Translations under genes and position numbers: made by a program | Shown here: one piece after another, positions 25,027-36,949 of the stretch | How the letters are laid out: each line of letters starts with the position of its first letter | Numbering within the stretch: position 1 is the first letter of the stretch | The notes under the pieces: model-generated | Database searches by the model: none | The model's input: only the letters and a program-made list of their open reading frames with translations | Told to the model about the DNA's origin: nothing | Source of the DNA: Macrostomum lignano | Taxonomy: Eukaryota | Reading direction: 5' to 3' | DNA: 64,000 bases | Assembly: GCA_002269645.1 (NCBI GenBank) | Contig: NIVC01000177.1 | Span: 124,001-188,000, forward strand

Positions 25027-26784
25027 CTAAGCCCCAACTCTTGATAGCTGCTTGTTTGTATTTTCAATTGTCTGCATGAAAATCCATAAACAATTAAGAT
25101 GTAAGCATGGTTTATAAATTAATAAATGCCTATAAATAAATATATGTTAAAGATTATGTTAAAATAAAAAATGCATATGAAATATTATTATTAAATAAAT
25201 TAATCAATACAATTCTTATTAAGAAAAAGTTCTTAAAATTAGGCCTACTATTCTAAAAATATATTATCCAATAAATATTTCTAAACATAATATCTTCTTC
25301 TACCTTTATTATTACAATTACATTCAAAAGCATTCTAGAAAGTTTGAAATTTTTTTAAATGGTATAAAGCTAATAATGTAAGAGAAAAAATATTTGGTAC
25401 TATATTCATGATTATTAAAAATCAAGCCATAGGCCGACCCATTTTTATTATTGTTATAAATAATTACTATAGCTATAATCTATTATAACAACTGGTAAAA
25501 ATACCAATGATAGCTACAAATATGCTTATAAGAAAAACTATATATACAAATATGCTTATATATATAGCTAGGCCTAAGCCCTATACTAAACAAATATAAC
25601 CTGTGGTTATACAGAATCATACTACTAGCTACATAACTTAGTTTTGACTAAAATATATAACTTATTATCTTTGTAACTTACCTAAAAACAAAGTAATAAT
25701 CTTTTGTTATCAAATTTTTATCAAAAAATATCAAACTGTCTATAAAGTCATAAATTCTATTTGGTACCATTGGCTTTAGTCTATGCCTACTGCAGCTTAC
25801 TCTATCTAGAAAGATTAGCTGTGATTTCAAAAGAAGCCATAGTTTTTCATATGGCCTAATAATAAAGGCTAAAGATATGCTCTAGCTCCACAACATTAAA
25901 AAGTCACCACTCTTTGCCCCAGTGAACAATATCTTTTGACTAGCCTCTCTTACATGGCCAAGCATTTTGATCTATTTAAAAATGCTTGAAAAAACAATGA
26001 AAACTGGGTGGAAGCTTCAATCCATCCAATATTCACCCTCCACTCTTCCCAATCTCTTGCCACCTAGCCCAACTCTACTCTGTGTTGTGTGGCGCATGTT
26101 TTGTCACTCAAAAGACGATACTGAGCTAGAATACTGCGTGTGCACACTCTTAAAGGTGGCGACCCTTAAATATATAATATAGTATATAAAGATCCTATTT
26201 ATGATAAAAATATTAAATAGACCTATATATTATTCGGCCTACTTTGTAATAAACATTCAAGATTCAAGATTAGATTCAAGGTCTCAAATTGAAAATTCAC
26301 AAAATAGTATTTAACATATACCACTATCAATGGAACTGGGCTCTTCAGTTTTTAGTCATGTCAATCCATTACCATTTTTTCGTCTAGACGTCTAAACGTC
26401 TAGCCACAGCCTACAGACATGAGACATACAACCTACTACAGCATAATAATATATACTGTTTCTAATAAAATTATTCAAAACATGGCTTTAAACTTCGCTT
26501 AATTACGTTACAACAAAAGCCTTAAGAAGTGTATGCTTATATTTTATTCAAAAACTTTACTACTACTAGTCTTGAGGTTGAATTAAGATGATTTATGTCT
26601 ATTGGATCGAAATCTAAAGTAGTTCAATATCACCGCCTCATTTGAACGATTTTTTTGTTTTGTTTTAAATTAGCGTTATTAAGTACTGCATGTCATACAA
26701 CAGCAACAACAGTGACAACCATAAAATTACGCTGTCGCTTAAAATAGAGGAGCTGTCAAGAAGCGTCACAGCTGATGGAGCGAC

Positions 26785-27230
26785 TCAGGGGCCTGACATG
26801 GACGTAGTCGGCGCCGCCGACCCATTCCGGGGCGCCAGCCTGTCAGTATCCAAGTCTCGGCGTTTTATTTTAAGCAGGACTGTCTCAACCATGCCTGGAT
26901 CAACAACGCCGCCCTCTGGCGCTAGGTAGTTCGGACTGCGCAAGAATGCCCTACATTCGCTGCATATAGTCAAATTAAAAGGTGTTGCAATGTTTCTTTC
27001 CTTCGCCTACAACCAAAACAGACAATTTTGACCTTTCGTCCTAATTCCGTTCAAATTTGCACTCACAACAAAATAAAATTGACTAAAACAGAACAGAACT
27101 CCTGGCAAATTATTAAATTGTTTTTTTCCATATTTCTCTTTTACTTACATAAAGAACTTCTGCGATATACTACCACAGATAGAAAATAATCTAATAGAAT
27201 AAAGCTTGTAAACACGATGCTTGACAAGAA
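26785..27230 (-). CDS. Candidate 3' exons of an unidentified small gene (27149-27230 and 26785-26959)
   Basis: aaacag|...|gtaagt and tgcag| junctions are phase-consistent and give LVKHRVYKLYSIRLFSICGSISQKFFIECRAFLRSPNYLAPEGGVVDPGMVETVLLKIKRR...SGP*. Family not recognised; 5' exons unresolved. Confidence 0.45.
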
Positions 27231-27728
27231 CTGTTTATCTATGTATATAGGTTCGCCATTAGAAAAATTGCAAAAATACTGTTAGTTAAACTCTGGTTGA
27301 AGAATACCAGTCAAAATAAATAGATCATAATACACGAAGTCAACTGTATAATATAAAGGTAAAAATACTAATGTATATACATTATGCTAATTAATTTGTT
27401 GACCAAAATCGAAGAAAATGGGTGAAAGCCGAAATACTAGATGAACATCTGACATGTACGCTCGTATTAATGACTTCTAGCCAAAATAGGGGTACATGTA
27501 CATCTATAGCTTTTGCGCGAGTGAGTGTACGTATACTAAGATAATTTCTCTATCCCGTTCTTCACGCTAATTGGCCAAGATTTTGTTCCGATAGAATTGT
27601 ATGGGGTGGTGCGGCGCAGAATATAATGAATTGTTGCCAGAGTCGACTATTCTTTCATTCATGGCTAGCCAGTTTATTAGTGCATCGAAATAAAACAGTC
27701 GTCGAGAAATCATTCGCGTGCACCAAAA

Positions 27729-30700
27729 ATGTACCAAGAAATTGACGCCGCCAGTGCCGACGCACAGCATGTTGGCCGGTTGACGCGGCTGCGCGAATCC
27801 AAAGGCCTAGTCGTGGCCGTGGTCACCCTGCTGCTCATGCTAGACGTGATGCTCATCACTGTGCTTGAGCCGCTGCTGCCGGCAATGCTATTTGAACTCG
27901 ACCAGCTGCAACAAGGCGGCATCACTTGGTCGGCCTGGCTATCGAGTCTGTTCCGCTGCGGCGGAGGCGGCGTCAGCAGCATCGGCTACTTTTCTAACAG
28001 TTCCAATGACCAGCTCGACGGCAGCAGCGAGCGCCAGCTGTACGCAAAGTACGCCCCACAGATTGGTCTCGTGCTTGGTCTGAAGCCGGGCGTTGAGGTT
28101 ATCGGTAACCTGCTAGTCGGGCCGCTGGTAGATCGAGTCGGGCACAAGGCGCCACTTCTGATTGGCTCCGGGCTGTACCTAGTGCGTGTAATGCCCTTTG
28201 TTCTTATTTTATGCAGCATGCAACTGTAAATAAGAAGGATTTCAAGGTTACAAGATTACTATAGTCAGCATAGATTTTAAGGGCTAAAAGAAGCGAGGTT
28301 TCAGCAGTTCAACAACTAACCAGATAGCGTAGGGCAGGGGTCGGCAAACTCGGGCCCGCGAGCCATATGCGGCCCACCAAGCCTCTCTATCCGTCCTTCG
28401 GACTTTTGAAACTTCACAATAACAATACGGCCCCGCTCAAGGTTTATGTCTCTTCTCAGCTCTCCTCTCTAATCTCCTCTCTTTTCTCTCCTCTCCTCTC
28501 TTTTGCCTCTGTGACAATAGCCGTTTGCTTAACGCTTTTTAATATGTAATGACACATTCAAACAAAAGACAAGTTATAAGATTTTCCAAACAATTATTAT
28601 AAATCATAATCATTTTTACGGTCTCTTTCCATACCCAAGTATTGAATATTTCAGCATAGGGCATAAATTGTACTTTCATCAGAAGCCAACAACGTAAATT
28701 ACTCATCGTAAATAAGTGACCAACCCGTCTCACCATGCAGGTAACGGCTGGCATGTTCGGCTTCAGTCCCAACTATCCAATTCTTCTGATCGCCCGCCTG
28801 CTGCAGGCCGCCTCCTCTAGCTTGTCCACCGTGGCCGGCCTCGCCCTGCTGGCTGCCACCTTCGCCGGCGACGAAGTCGAACGAGCAAAAGCAGCCGCCG
28901 TAGCTTTTGGCGGCCTCAGCTTCGGCCTCATCATGGGCTTCCCGTTTGGCGCCGTCCTGGCGCAGTGGTTCGGCAGAGCCAGCCCGTTCCTGGTGCTCGG
29001 CGGCCTCTCCCTGCTGGACATGGTGCTCCGGCTGGCAGTCCGAATGCCTGCGGACTCCGCCTCTCATACCAGGAGGGACCGCGGCAACAAAGACAACAGG
29101 GATAAAGACAACGAAGAGGAGGAGAAAAAAGCCAAGCGGAGAGAGTCTACTTCGGCGTCTTTGAAAGAGATCGGGTAAACTCGACGCTGTTTCTGTCCGT
29201 AAAACACTGGAAGGATTGCTCACTTCTTTTTGATCGCCATTGCTCTAAAATTAAAAGACGTTTAATGTTGATTTAACTTTAAATTTAGAGCGATGTGATC
29301 AGTTGAAACAGAAGTGGCTCTACAGCTACTTGACTCAAACAGTGATCTCCTTTTTTCAAGTACTCGCCGATCACTTAGTGACAAGTGACAAAAATCGCTA
29401 GAGTCATTGGAAACAATTCACTAGTTGGCGACTCATATGATACGCTCATGACTCAACAGTCGCCAATCCGTCGCATTTACAGTTTTTTGAGCTGTAAAAA
29501 AGTCTAAAAAGTCACGTGAATTGTAGAATCGTAAAATAGTCAATAAAAAGTCGTCCAATAGTCGTCGTGTTAGCGCTTAACTTTCTATTAACTCAAGTAG
29601 AATATATAGAATAATACGAAATGCGGTTCTACGAGCGCAATTCATATAAAGTGGCGCAGAGGCGCTTTAGACGCAACTCGGTGATTGTACAGCGACTCGA
29701 GCAAGACTCAGATACGATTCTATGCTCGTACGGCCCCAGAGTCATTATAGAAGTCGTTTTATAGTCGCAGACAAAAAACGCCTCAAATTGACTTTTAGGC
29801 GATTTTTTGGCGACTTTTACCGTGATACTTCGTCGTTTTAGAGTTGTTCAGAGTCATTTGTTTCCTATTTTACCTGTGTTGCCTGCAATTACTCTGAAAC
29901 TCGATAAGAATCGCTAGAGTCATTCAGAAAACAACTGACCTATTGCAGAGCCACTCCGGTGGGAGCTCGCACCTTGTGGCGCCTCGCCACCAACAGGTAC
30001 GTCGGCACCATCCTGATGGCCGACTTCCTCATCCACTTCGGACTTGGCGCGGTGTTTACCACGGCGCCCAGCTTTATGCAGGACACTCTGGCCGGCTCGC
30101 TCTGGCAGATGGCCGTGGTGGCGCTGGCCTCCACCTGCCTGCAGTTCGGGGTGCAGTACGCCTGCTCCGGCTGGCTGGCAGCCAGGCCGCTCGCGAGATG
30201 GCGCGTCCTGTTTCCCAGCCTGGTTGTATTCGGCATCGGCATGCTGCTGTACCCGGTTGTTGGCGCCACCCGCAGCATCTGGTTTGCTGCTCTGCCCGAA
30301 TCAGTAAGAAACTTGAGGATTTGCAGTTCTTCTCAGAAGTTTCCAACTCTCCTCAGTAGTTACCAGCTCTCCTCAGTAGTTACCAGCTCTCCTCAGTAGC
30401 TACCAGCTCTCCTCAGTAGCTACCAGCTCTCCTCAGTAGTAACCACAGATACTATAAACAATATAGATACTGTTTATAGTATCTATGGTAGTAACCAGCT
30501 CCCCTCAGTAGTAACCAGCTCCCCTCAGTAGTAACCAGCTCTCCTCTGTAGTTACCAGCTCTTCTCAGTAGTTACTAGCTCTCCTCAGTAGTTACCAGCT
30601 CTCCTCAGTAGCTACCAGCTCTCCTCAGTAGCTACCAGCTCTCCTCAGTAGTAACCACAGATACTATAAACAATATAGATACTGTTTATAGTATCTATGG

Positions 30701-32107
30701 TAGTAACCAGCTCCCCTCAGTAGTAACCAGCTCCCCTCAGTAGTAACCAGCTCTCCTCTGTAGTTACCAGCTCTTCTCAGTAGTTACTAGCTCTCCTCAG
30801 TAGTTACCAGCTCTCATCTGTAGCTACCAGCTCTCCTCTGTAGTTACCAGCTCCCTCAGTAGTTACTAGCTCTCCTCAGTAGTTACCAGCTCTCATCTGT
30901 AGTTACCAGCTCTCCTCTGTAGTTACCAGCTCCCTCAGTAGTTACCAACTGCCCTCAGTAGCTTTTTTTCACAAAAACATTGTCAGGTACTCCGCATCGC
31001 CCTGGCTCTGTTCACCTGCACGTGTTTTCCCTCGTTAAACTACCTGGCTGACCGGCTGTTCACAGCCGAGTACGGAGCCGTGAACGGTCTGTACACCGGT
31101 GCTTTCAACCTGGGCATGTTCTGCGGCAGTCAGTACGCGGGTCTCCTGCTGGGCTGGCTGGGCTTCGAAGTCTTGTACAGCGCCTTCGCCATGGTGCTGC
31201 TGGCTTCAGCCGCGATTGGACTGGTGAGAAACTCAGACTGGTAGCACTGTGGACATTGGGATTGGGGTATTGGGATTGGGGTATTGGGATTGGGGTATTG
31301 GGATTGGGGTATTGGGATTGGGGTATTGGGATTGGGGTATTGGGATTGGGGTATTGGGATTGGGGTATTGGGATTGGGGTATTGGGATTGGGGTATTGGG
31401 ATTGGGCTATTGGGATTGGGCTATTGGGATTGGGGTATTGGATTGGGGTATTGGGATTGGGGTATTGGGATTGGGGTATTGGGATTGGGGTATTGGGATT
31501 GGGGTATTGGGATTGGGGTATTGGGATTGGGGTATTGGGATTGGGGTATTGGGATTGGGGTATTGGGATTGGGGTATTGGGATTGGGGTATTGGGATTGG
31601 GGTATTGGGATTGGGCTATTGGGATTGGGCTATTGGGATTGGGGTATTGGATTGGGGTATTGGATTGGAGTATTGGGATTGGGGTATTGGGATTGGGGTA
31701 TTGGGATTGGGTATTGGGATTGGGGTATTGGGATTGGGGTATTGGGATTGGGGTATTGGGATTGGGGTATTGGGATTGGGGTATTGGGATTGGGGTATTG
31801 GGATTGGGTATTGGGATTGGGGTATTGGGATTGGGGTATTGGGATTGGGGTATTGGGATTGGGGTATTGGGATTGGGGTATTGGGATTGGGGTATTGGGA
31901 TTGGGGTATTGGGATTTGGGCACTGGGACTCGGACATTGGGATTCGGGTATTGGGAATCGAAGAGGCATCAAATGCCTTGCTCCCATCGCCTGCAGGTGC
32001 ACCGCAGTCTCACTGATGACAGAGCGGCGATGTCAGCATCAGACCATGGCGGACGGGACCACCTCACCATTCTCGGCCACTCCTCAGCCAGCGGCACAGT
32101 TGTTTGA
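27729..32107 (+). CDS. SLC18 (vesicular amine/acetylcholine transporter-like) MFS protein, 529 aa; join(27729..28181,28741..29174,29949..30303,30987..31223,31997..32107)
   Basis: All junctions GT-AG and in phase. Gapless by-eye alignment to VMAT2: LMLDVMLITVLEP (TM1), QIGLVLGLKPGVEVIGNLLVGPL, IARLLQAASSSLSTVAGLALLA..F.GDEVERAKA, GLIMGFPFG, ASPFL, YLADR..EYGAV. Confidence 0.92.
28335..28510 (+). mobile_element. hAT/Charlie-like MITE copy (left end) in intron 1 of the SLC18 gene
   Basis: Begins CAGGGGTCGGCAAACT...GGCCCGCGAGCC..TGCGGCCC, a typical hAT/Charlie end. The interior matches 3391-3605. Confidence 0.6.
30349..30960. repeat. 20-bp minisatellite (CAGTAGTTACCAGCTCTCCT) filling SLC18 intron 3, with a 212-bp higher-order duplication
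   Basis: Directly visible. A palindromic insert occurs at 30442 and again at 30654. Confidence 0.95.
30442..30489. mobile_element. 48-bp hairpin insertion (ACCACAGATACTATAAACA-ATATAGATAC-TGTTTATAGTATCTATGGT); second copy at 30654-30701
   Basis: 19-bp inverted arms with one mismatch. AGTA is duplicated on both flanks. Confidence 0.7.
31255..31935. repeat. 14-bp G-rich minisatellite (GGGATTGGGGTATT)n filling SLC18 intron 4
   Basis: Lies between the donor at 31224 and the acceptor at 31994-31996. Confidence 0.97.
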
Positions 32108-32449
32108 GATGCAAACCTCTCTCTAGCTTCATATCTTTATAGATTTATCTTTGCTTCCTTGCGACACTACTTTTAATCAGTAGTAGAAATAGGTTGTTTT
32201 GCTACTTGTCTGATTACTGATTGCAGTGTCACGCATGCTTAACTCCTAATGATCCATTGCTATTATATTATTACTAATAGTTTTGTGAACCGTATGTCTA
32301 TTGTCGCAATAGCAAGTTAATTAAATATTGTCTAAAAAATAAATACAAATCGATGTTCATTTCGTTGATGCAGTTTTGTTTCTAAAAAAATGCGGGCTGA
32401 GTGATCTGTTTCCGGTAGCCAGCAGGGTTACTTTTTTAATTGGGAGCAG

Positions 32450-32510
32450 AGCGGCTGGCGGTGAACCGTCTGACTCTCGCGCAGCGACCCCTGGTTCGAT
32501 TCCGTCTTGG
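32450..32510 (+). other. Degenerate tRNA-like (possible SINE head) fragment
   Basis: B-box GGTTCGATTCC preceded by a CTCTC-containing segment reminiscent of tRNA-Glu. No complete cloverleaf or acceptor stem. Confidence 0.3.
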
Positions 32511-32996
32511 AAAGGAAAGCACAATGCTCCGGCTTGGACACTGGGGTCAAATTATGAAAAAAGATCTCTGGTATCGTTTTGAAACTTTAAAGCCGTGATG
32601 ACATGGAAATTTCCAAAAATATTTAAGAAGTTGGTAATAATATTTTTAAGTACAGACTAACTAAAACATTGAAAAGTGCATCAAATAATAACCAATGAAG
32701 TGGTAAGTCGTCCAAGCAACGTGAAATTCCGAAAAAACGAAAATTCTATAAAGCATCGAAACCGGAAATTTGAAAAATCGTTGCCGTGTCTAAATAAGTT
32801 ATTAGTGGTAGAGTAAAAACAATGAAATTTCTGATGCTATATGCATAACATCTGTACTACATATGCTACATCTAAATAGCACTAATTATATTTATGCGTA
32901 GGGTTTTGTGCAAACAAAAATAAGTGCATTCCATGAATTTAAAATAATATTTAATTGATGAATTAATTAAACTGGCTCTCACTAAAAGTAAGATTT

Positions 32997-35108
32997 CTGA
33001 TTCGGACACATAGTGATCAGATTCGGACACAGAGTGATCAGATTCGGACACAGAGTGATCAGATTCGGACACATAGTGATTAGATTCGGACACAGTGATC
33101 AGATTCGGACACATAGTGATCAGATTCGGACACAGGGTCATCAGATTCGGACACAGAGTGATCAGATTCGGACACATAGTGATTAGATTCGGACACAGTG
33201 ATCAGATTCGGACACATAGTGATCAGATTCGGACACAGGGTCATCAGATTCGGACACAGAGTGACCAGATTCGGACACGGAGTAATCAGATTCACACAGA
33301 GTGACCAGATTCGGACACAGAGTGATCAGATTCGGACACAGAGTGACCAGATTCGGACACAGGGTAATCAGATTCGGACACAGAGGGATCAAATTCGGAC
33401 ACATAGTGATCAGATTCGGACACAGAGTGACCAGATTCAGACACAGAGTGATCAGATTCGAACACATAGTGATCAGATTCGGACACAAAGTGACCAGATT
33501 CGGACACAAAGTGATCAGATTCGGACACAGAGTGACCAGATTCGGACACGGAGTAATCAGATTCACACAGAGTGACCAGATTCGGACACAGGGTGATCAG
33601 ATTCGGACACATAGTGATCAGATTCGGACACAGGGTCATCAGATTCGGACACAGAGTGACCAGATTCGGACACGGAGTAATCAGATTCACACAGAGTGAC
33701 CAGATTCGGACACAGAGTGATCAGATTCGGACACAGAGTGACCAGATTCGGACACAGGGTAATCAGATTCGGACACAGAGGGATCAAATTCGGACACATA
33801 GTGATCAGATTCGGACACAGAGTGATCAGATTCGGACACAGAGTGATCAGATTCGAACACATAGTGATCAGATTCGGACACAGAGTGACCAGATTCGGAC
33901 ACAGGGTAATCAGATTCGGACACAGAGGGATCAAATTCGGACACATAGTGATCAGATTCGGACACAGAGTGACCAGATTCGGACACAGAGTGATCAGATT
34001 CGAACACATAGTGATCAGATTCGGACACAAAGTGACCAGATTCGGACACAAAGTGATCAGATTCGGACACAGAGTGACCAGATTCGGACACGGAGTAATC
34101 AGATTCACACAGAGTGACCAGATTCGGACACAGGGTGATCAGATTCGGACACAGAGTGATCAGATTCGGACACAGGGTCATCAGATTCGGACACAGAGTG
34201 ACCAGATTCGGACACGGAGTAATCAGATTCACACAGAGTGACCAGATTCGGACACAGAGTGATCAGATTCGGACACAGAGTGACCAGATTCGGACACAGG
34301 GTAATCAGATTCGGACACAGAGGGATCAAATTCGGACACATAGTGATCAGATTCGGACACAGAGTGATCAGATTCGGACACAGAGTGATCAGATTCGAAC
34401 ACATAGTGATCAGATTCGGACACAGAGTGACCAGATTCGGACACAGGGTAATCAGATTCGGACACATAGTGATCAGATTCGGACACAGTGATCAGATTCG
34501 GACACATAGTGATCAGATTCGGACACAGGGTCATCAGATTCGGACACAGAGTGACCAGATTCGGACACGGAGTAATCAGATTCACACAGAGTGACCAGAT
34601 TCGGACACAGAGTGATCAGATTCGGACACAGAGTGACCAGATTCGGACACAGGGTAATCAGATTCGGACACAGAGTGATCAGATTCGGACCCAAAGTGGT
34701 CAGATTCGGACACATAGTGATCAGATTCGGACACATAGTGATCAGATTCGGACACATAGTGATCAGATTCGGACACAGTGATCAGATTCGGACACAGAGT
34801 GATCAGATTCGGACACAGTGATCAGATTCGGACACAGAGTGATCAGATTCGGACACAGAGTGATCAGATTCGGACACAGAGTGATCAGATTCGGACACAT
34901 AGTGATCAGATTCGGACACAGTGATCAGATTCGGACACAGTGATCAGATTCGGACACGGAGTAATCAGATTCACACAAAGTGACTAGATTCGGACACAAA
35001 GTGATCAGTTCGGACACAGGGTCATCAGATTCGGACACAGAGTGACCAGATTCGTACACAGAGTGATTAGATTCGGACACAAAGTGTTCAGATTCGGACA
35101 CGGAGTTG
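32997..35108. repeat. 21-bp minisatellite (GATCAGATTCGGACACAGAGT)n, about 2.1 kb, with higher-order structure
   Basis: The marker variant GGAGTAATCAGATTCACACAG recurs; two marker pairs are 542 bp apart. Confidence 0.97.
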
Positions 35109-35150
35109 TCAGAAATTTAATCAAGGTCTGCACCACTGACGCGAGGTGCA

Positions 35151-36085
35151 TCAGCGGTTCACAATGGTCTGGCCCTCGGCAACCAGCCGGCGGCTGCGCT
35201 GCATCTGCAAGTCGACCACCTGACTGTAGCTCCGCTCCAAACGGTTCATCTGCTCGTCCAGCTGCTGCCGCACGGCGGACAGAGCGGCCAGCATCATCGC
35301 CTTGCGGCAGCGGGCCATCTCGTCGGCGTCTGCGACCCGATACGATTCTGTCGTTGGCTTCTGCTGCATCATTTGCGACGGCGCTCCAATCTCAGTCAGC
35401 TGGCGAATGCGGGCCTCCAGAGACTGCTCGATGCGGCAAATCTCCGCCGACGTGCCCTCCTCGCTGTCGGCGGCAATCGAAGCAGTCGACGTCGCCGTGG
35501 ACCCGACCAGCTCCGTCAGTCGGAGGCTGCTGGACACTGTGGACGCACTGCCATCGCCGCCGTTTCCTCCGTTGTCGCCGCGAACCGACGAGGTCGATGA
35601 GAACAGCCGCAAAGAGTCGGCGTCGTCTCCCTCGTCGTAGAACTCCAGGACGGAGCTGCCGCTCCAGACGTCGCTGCCGACGCTCCGCGGCTGACCGCGT
35701 GGATTCCGTCGCCGATGAATTTCTCGGCGTCGGTCGTTGTCGTCTTCGGCAGCTGAGCAGTCCAGAGCCGGCCCGCCGTCCTCCCAGCGGTGTTGCCGGC
35801 GCAGGCGGCGAACCTTTGACGGTGGCTGCGACGGCTGCGGTTGAAAAATCGGCAGCACAACGCCTTGACAGTGCGGACAGAAGGCCGTCACCAGCTGCTG
35901 CTGATCCTCCAGCGACGAAGCCGAAGCTGGCAGGCCTTCATCGGAGCTGCCGCTGCTGTAATCGACAGCGTCATCGGCGGTAATGGCATGCTCGGCGGCT
36001 GAGACTCGGTGGCTGCGGCGCCGGGACAGAAGCCGACCCAGGCTAAACGCGGACTTCCGGCTGTTCTTGGCGTCAGCCTTGCCGT

Positions 36086-36124
<39 letters not shown>

Positions 36125-36188
36125 GCTTCGGCCGGCGGAACAGCTGGCCCCAGCGCATCTGCGGGTCCATGGCGGCAGAGGTCGGCAT
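35151..36188 (-). CDS. Hypothetical protein of about 345 aa (likely ATG at 36188), low-complexity middle and predicted C-terminal coiled coil
   Basis: Long GC-rich ORF (open 35151-36308) with coding-like composition. An acceptor-like catccag lies upstream of the ATG. C-terminus EICRIEQSLEARIRQL...LSAVRQQLDEQMNRLERSY. No family recognised. Confidence 0.7.
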
Positions 36189-36949
36189 GGTGACTTCGGG
36201 GATGCCGTCGGCTACAGAATCGGGCAGGCTGGATGAGTTTTTATATTCGTATTTTTGTGTGCAGATGGCGAGCAGTTTAGGAATCGGGCGAGGCGGCTTG
36301 AGCAGCAAAGCTGAGCGCCCTGTCCGGTCCAGTCCGGAGCAGCGGAAGTCGCTAATTCCGATGGTTCCCCTCTCACTTTTCGATCAATAAAGCTGCAGAA
36401 ATGCACTGGAACTATATAACTCATGGCGCCATGGCGGAACCTCGCGGCCATCAGAAAATAAGTCTATATAATTAAGGCGCCTCTATCATTAAAAGTTTTT
36501 TTGACACTTTTTGCCTACTTTCAGTAGTTTAACTGCAAACTTTACGCTGTAAAACATGATGAAATTGCAAGACCTATATGGCTGAGTGGACGGCTATGTG
36601 AGCGACGGAGATTTCTCATGAGAAGTCCTCGAAATTTCAATCAATTAATCTGTCACTGAACGGCTGAAGTGCTTAAAATTTCAAGCCTTTAATTCTTCTT
36701 TGCTACCGACCTGCCATTCGAAGACTTAACTAAGATGTTATAGATTTCTGCTTAAATAATGTTAGCATTGAGTGCTAGTTCGAAAAAAGTACACTAAGAA
36801 GTTATTTTATAAGGGGAACTCGTTGAGAATTTTTCCTGAAAGTCCATTCAAAAGATTGCACTGTAATCAACTCTACTCTATATTCTACCCAACTGATTGA
36901 CCCTTCTCTTTCCTGCTCTATTCTACCCTACGAGACCCTACGTATTCTA

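Noticed and set aside
25950-26130. Candidate first coding exon of SNX14 (donor gtaaga at about 25953)
   Set aside because: The phase fits, but the frame has an upstream stop with no ATG and no convincing TM1. Left unresolved.
29290-29935. Intron segment rich in GTCGC/CGACT motifs with a 16-bp direct repeat (AATCGCTAGAGTCATT) about 515 bp apart
   Set aside because: Could be a decayed repeat or MITE, but I could not define a period, TIR or TSD.
32450-32510. Functional tRNA gene
   Set aside because: A B-box is present but there is no pairing acceptor stem or clear A-box. The tRNA-like heads at 18070-18135 and 40695-40740 are SINE heads.
31249-35100. Long Gly/Trp-rich and CPNL/RFGH repeat ORFs
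   Set aside because: Translations of the 14-bp and 21-bp arrays; the first lies within a well-supported intron.
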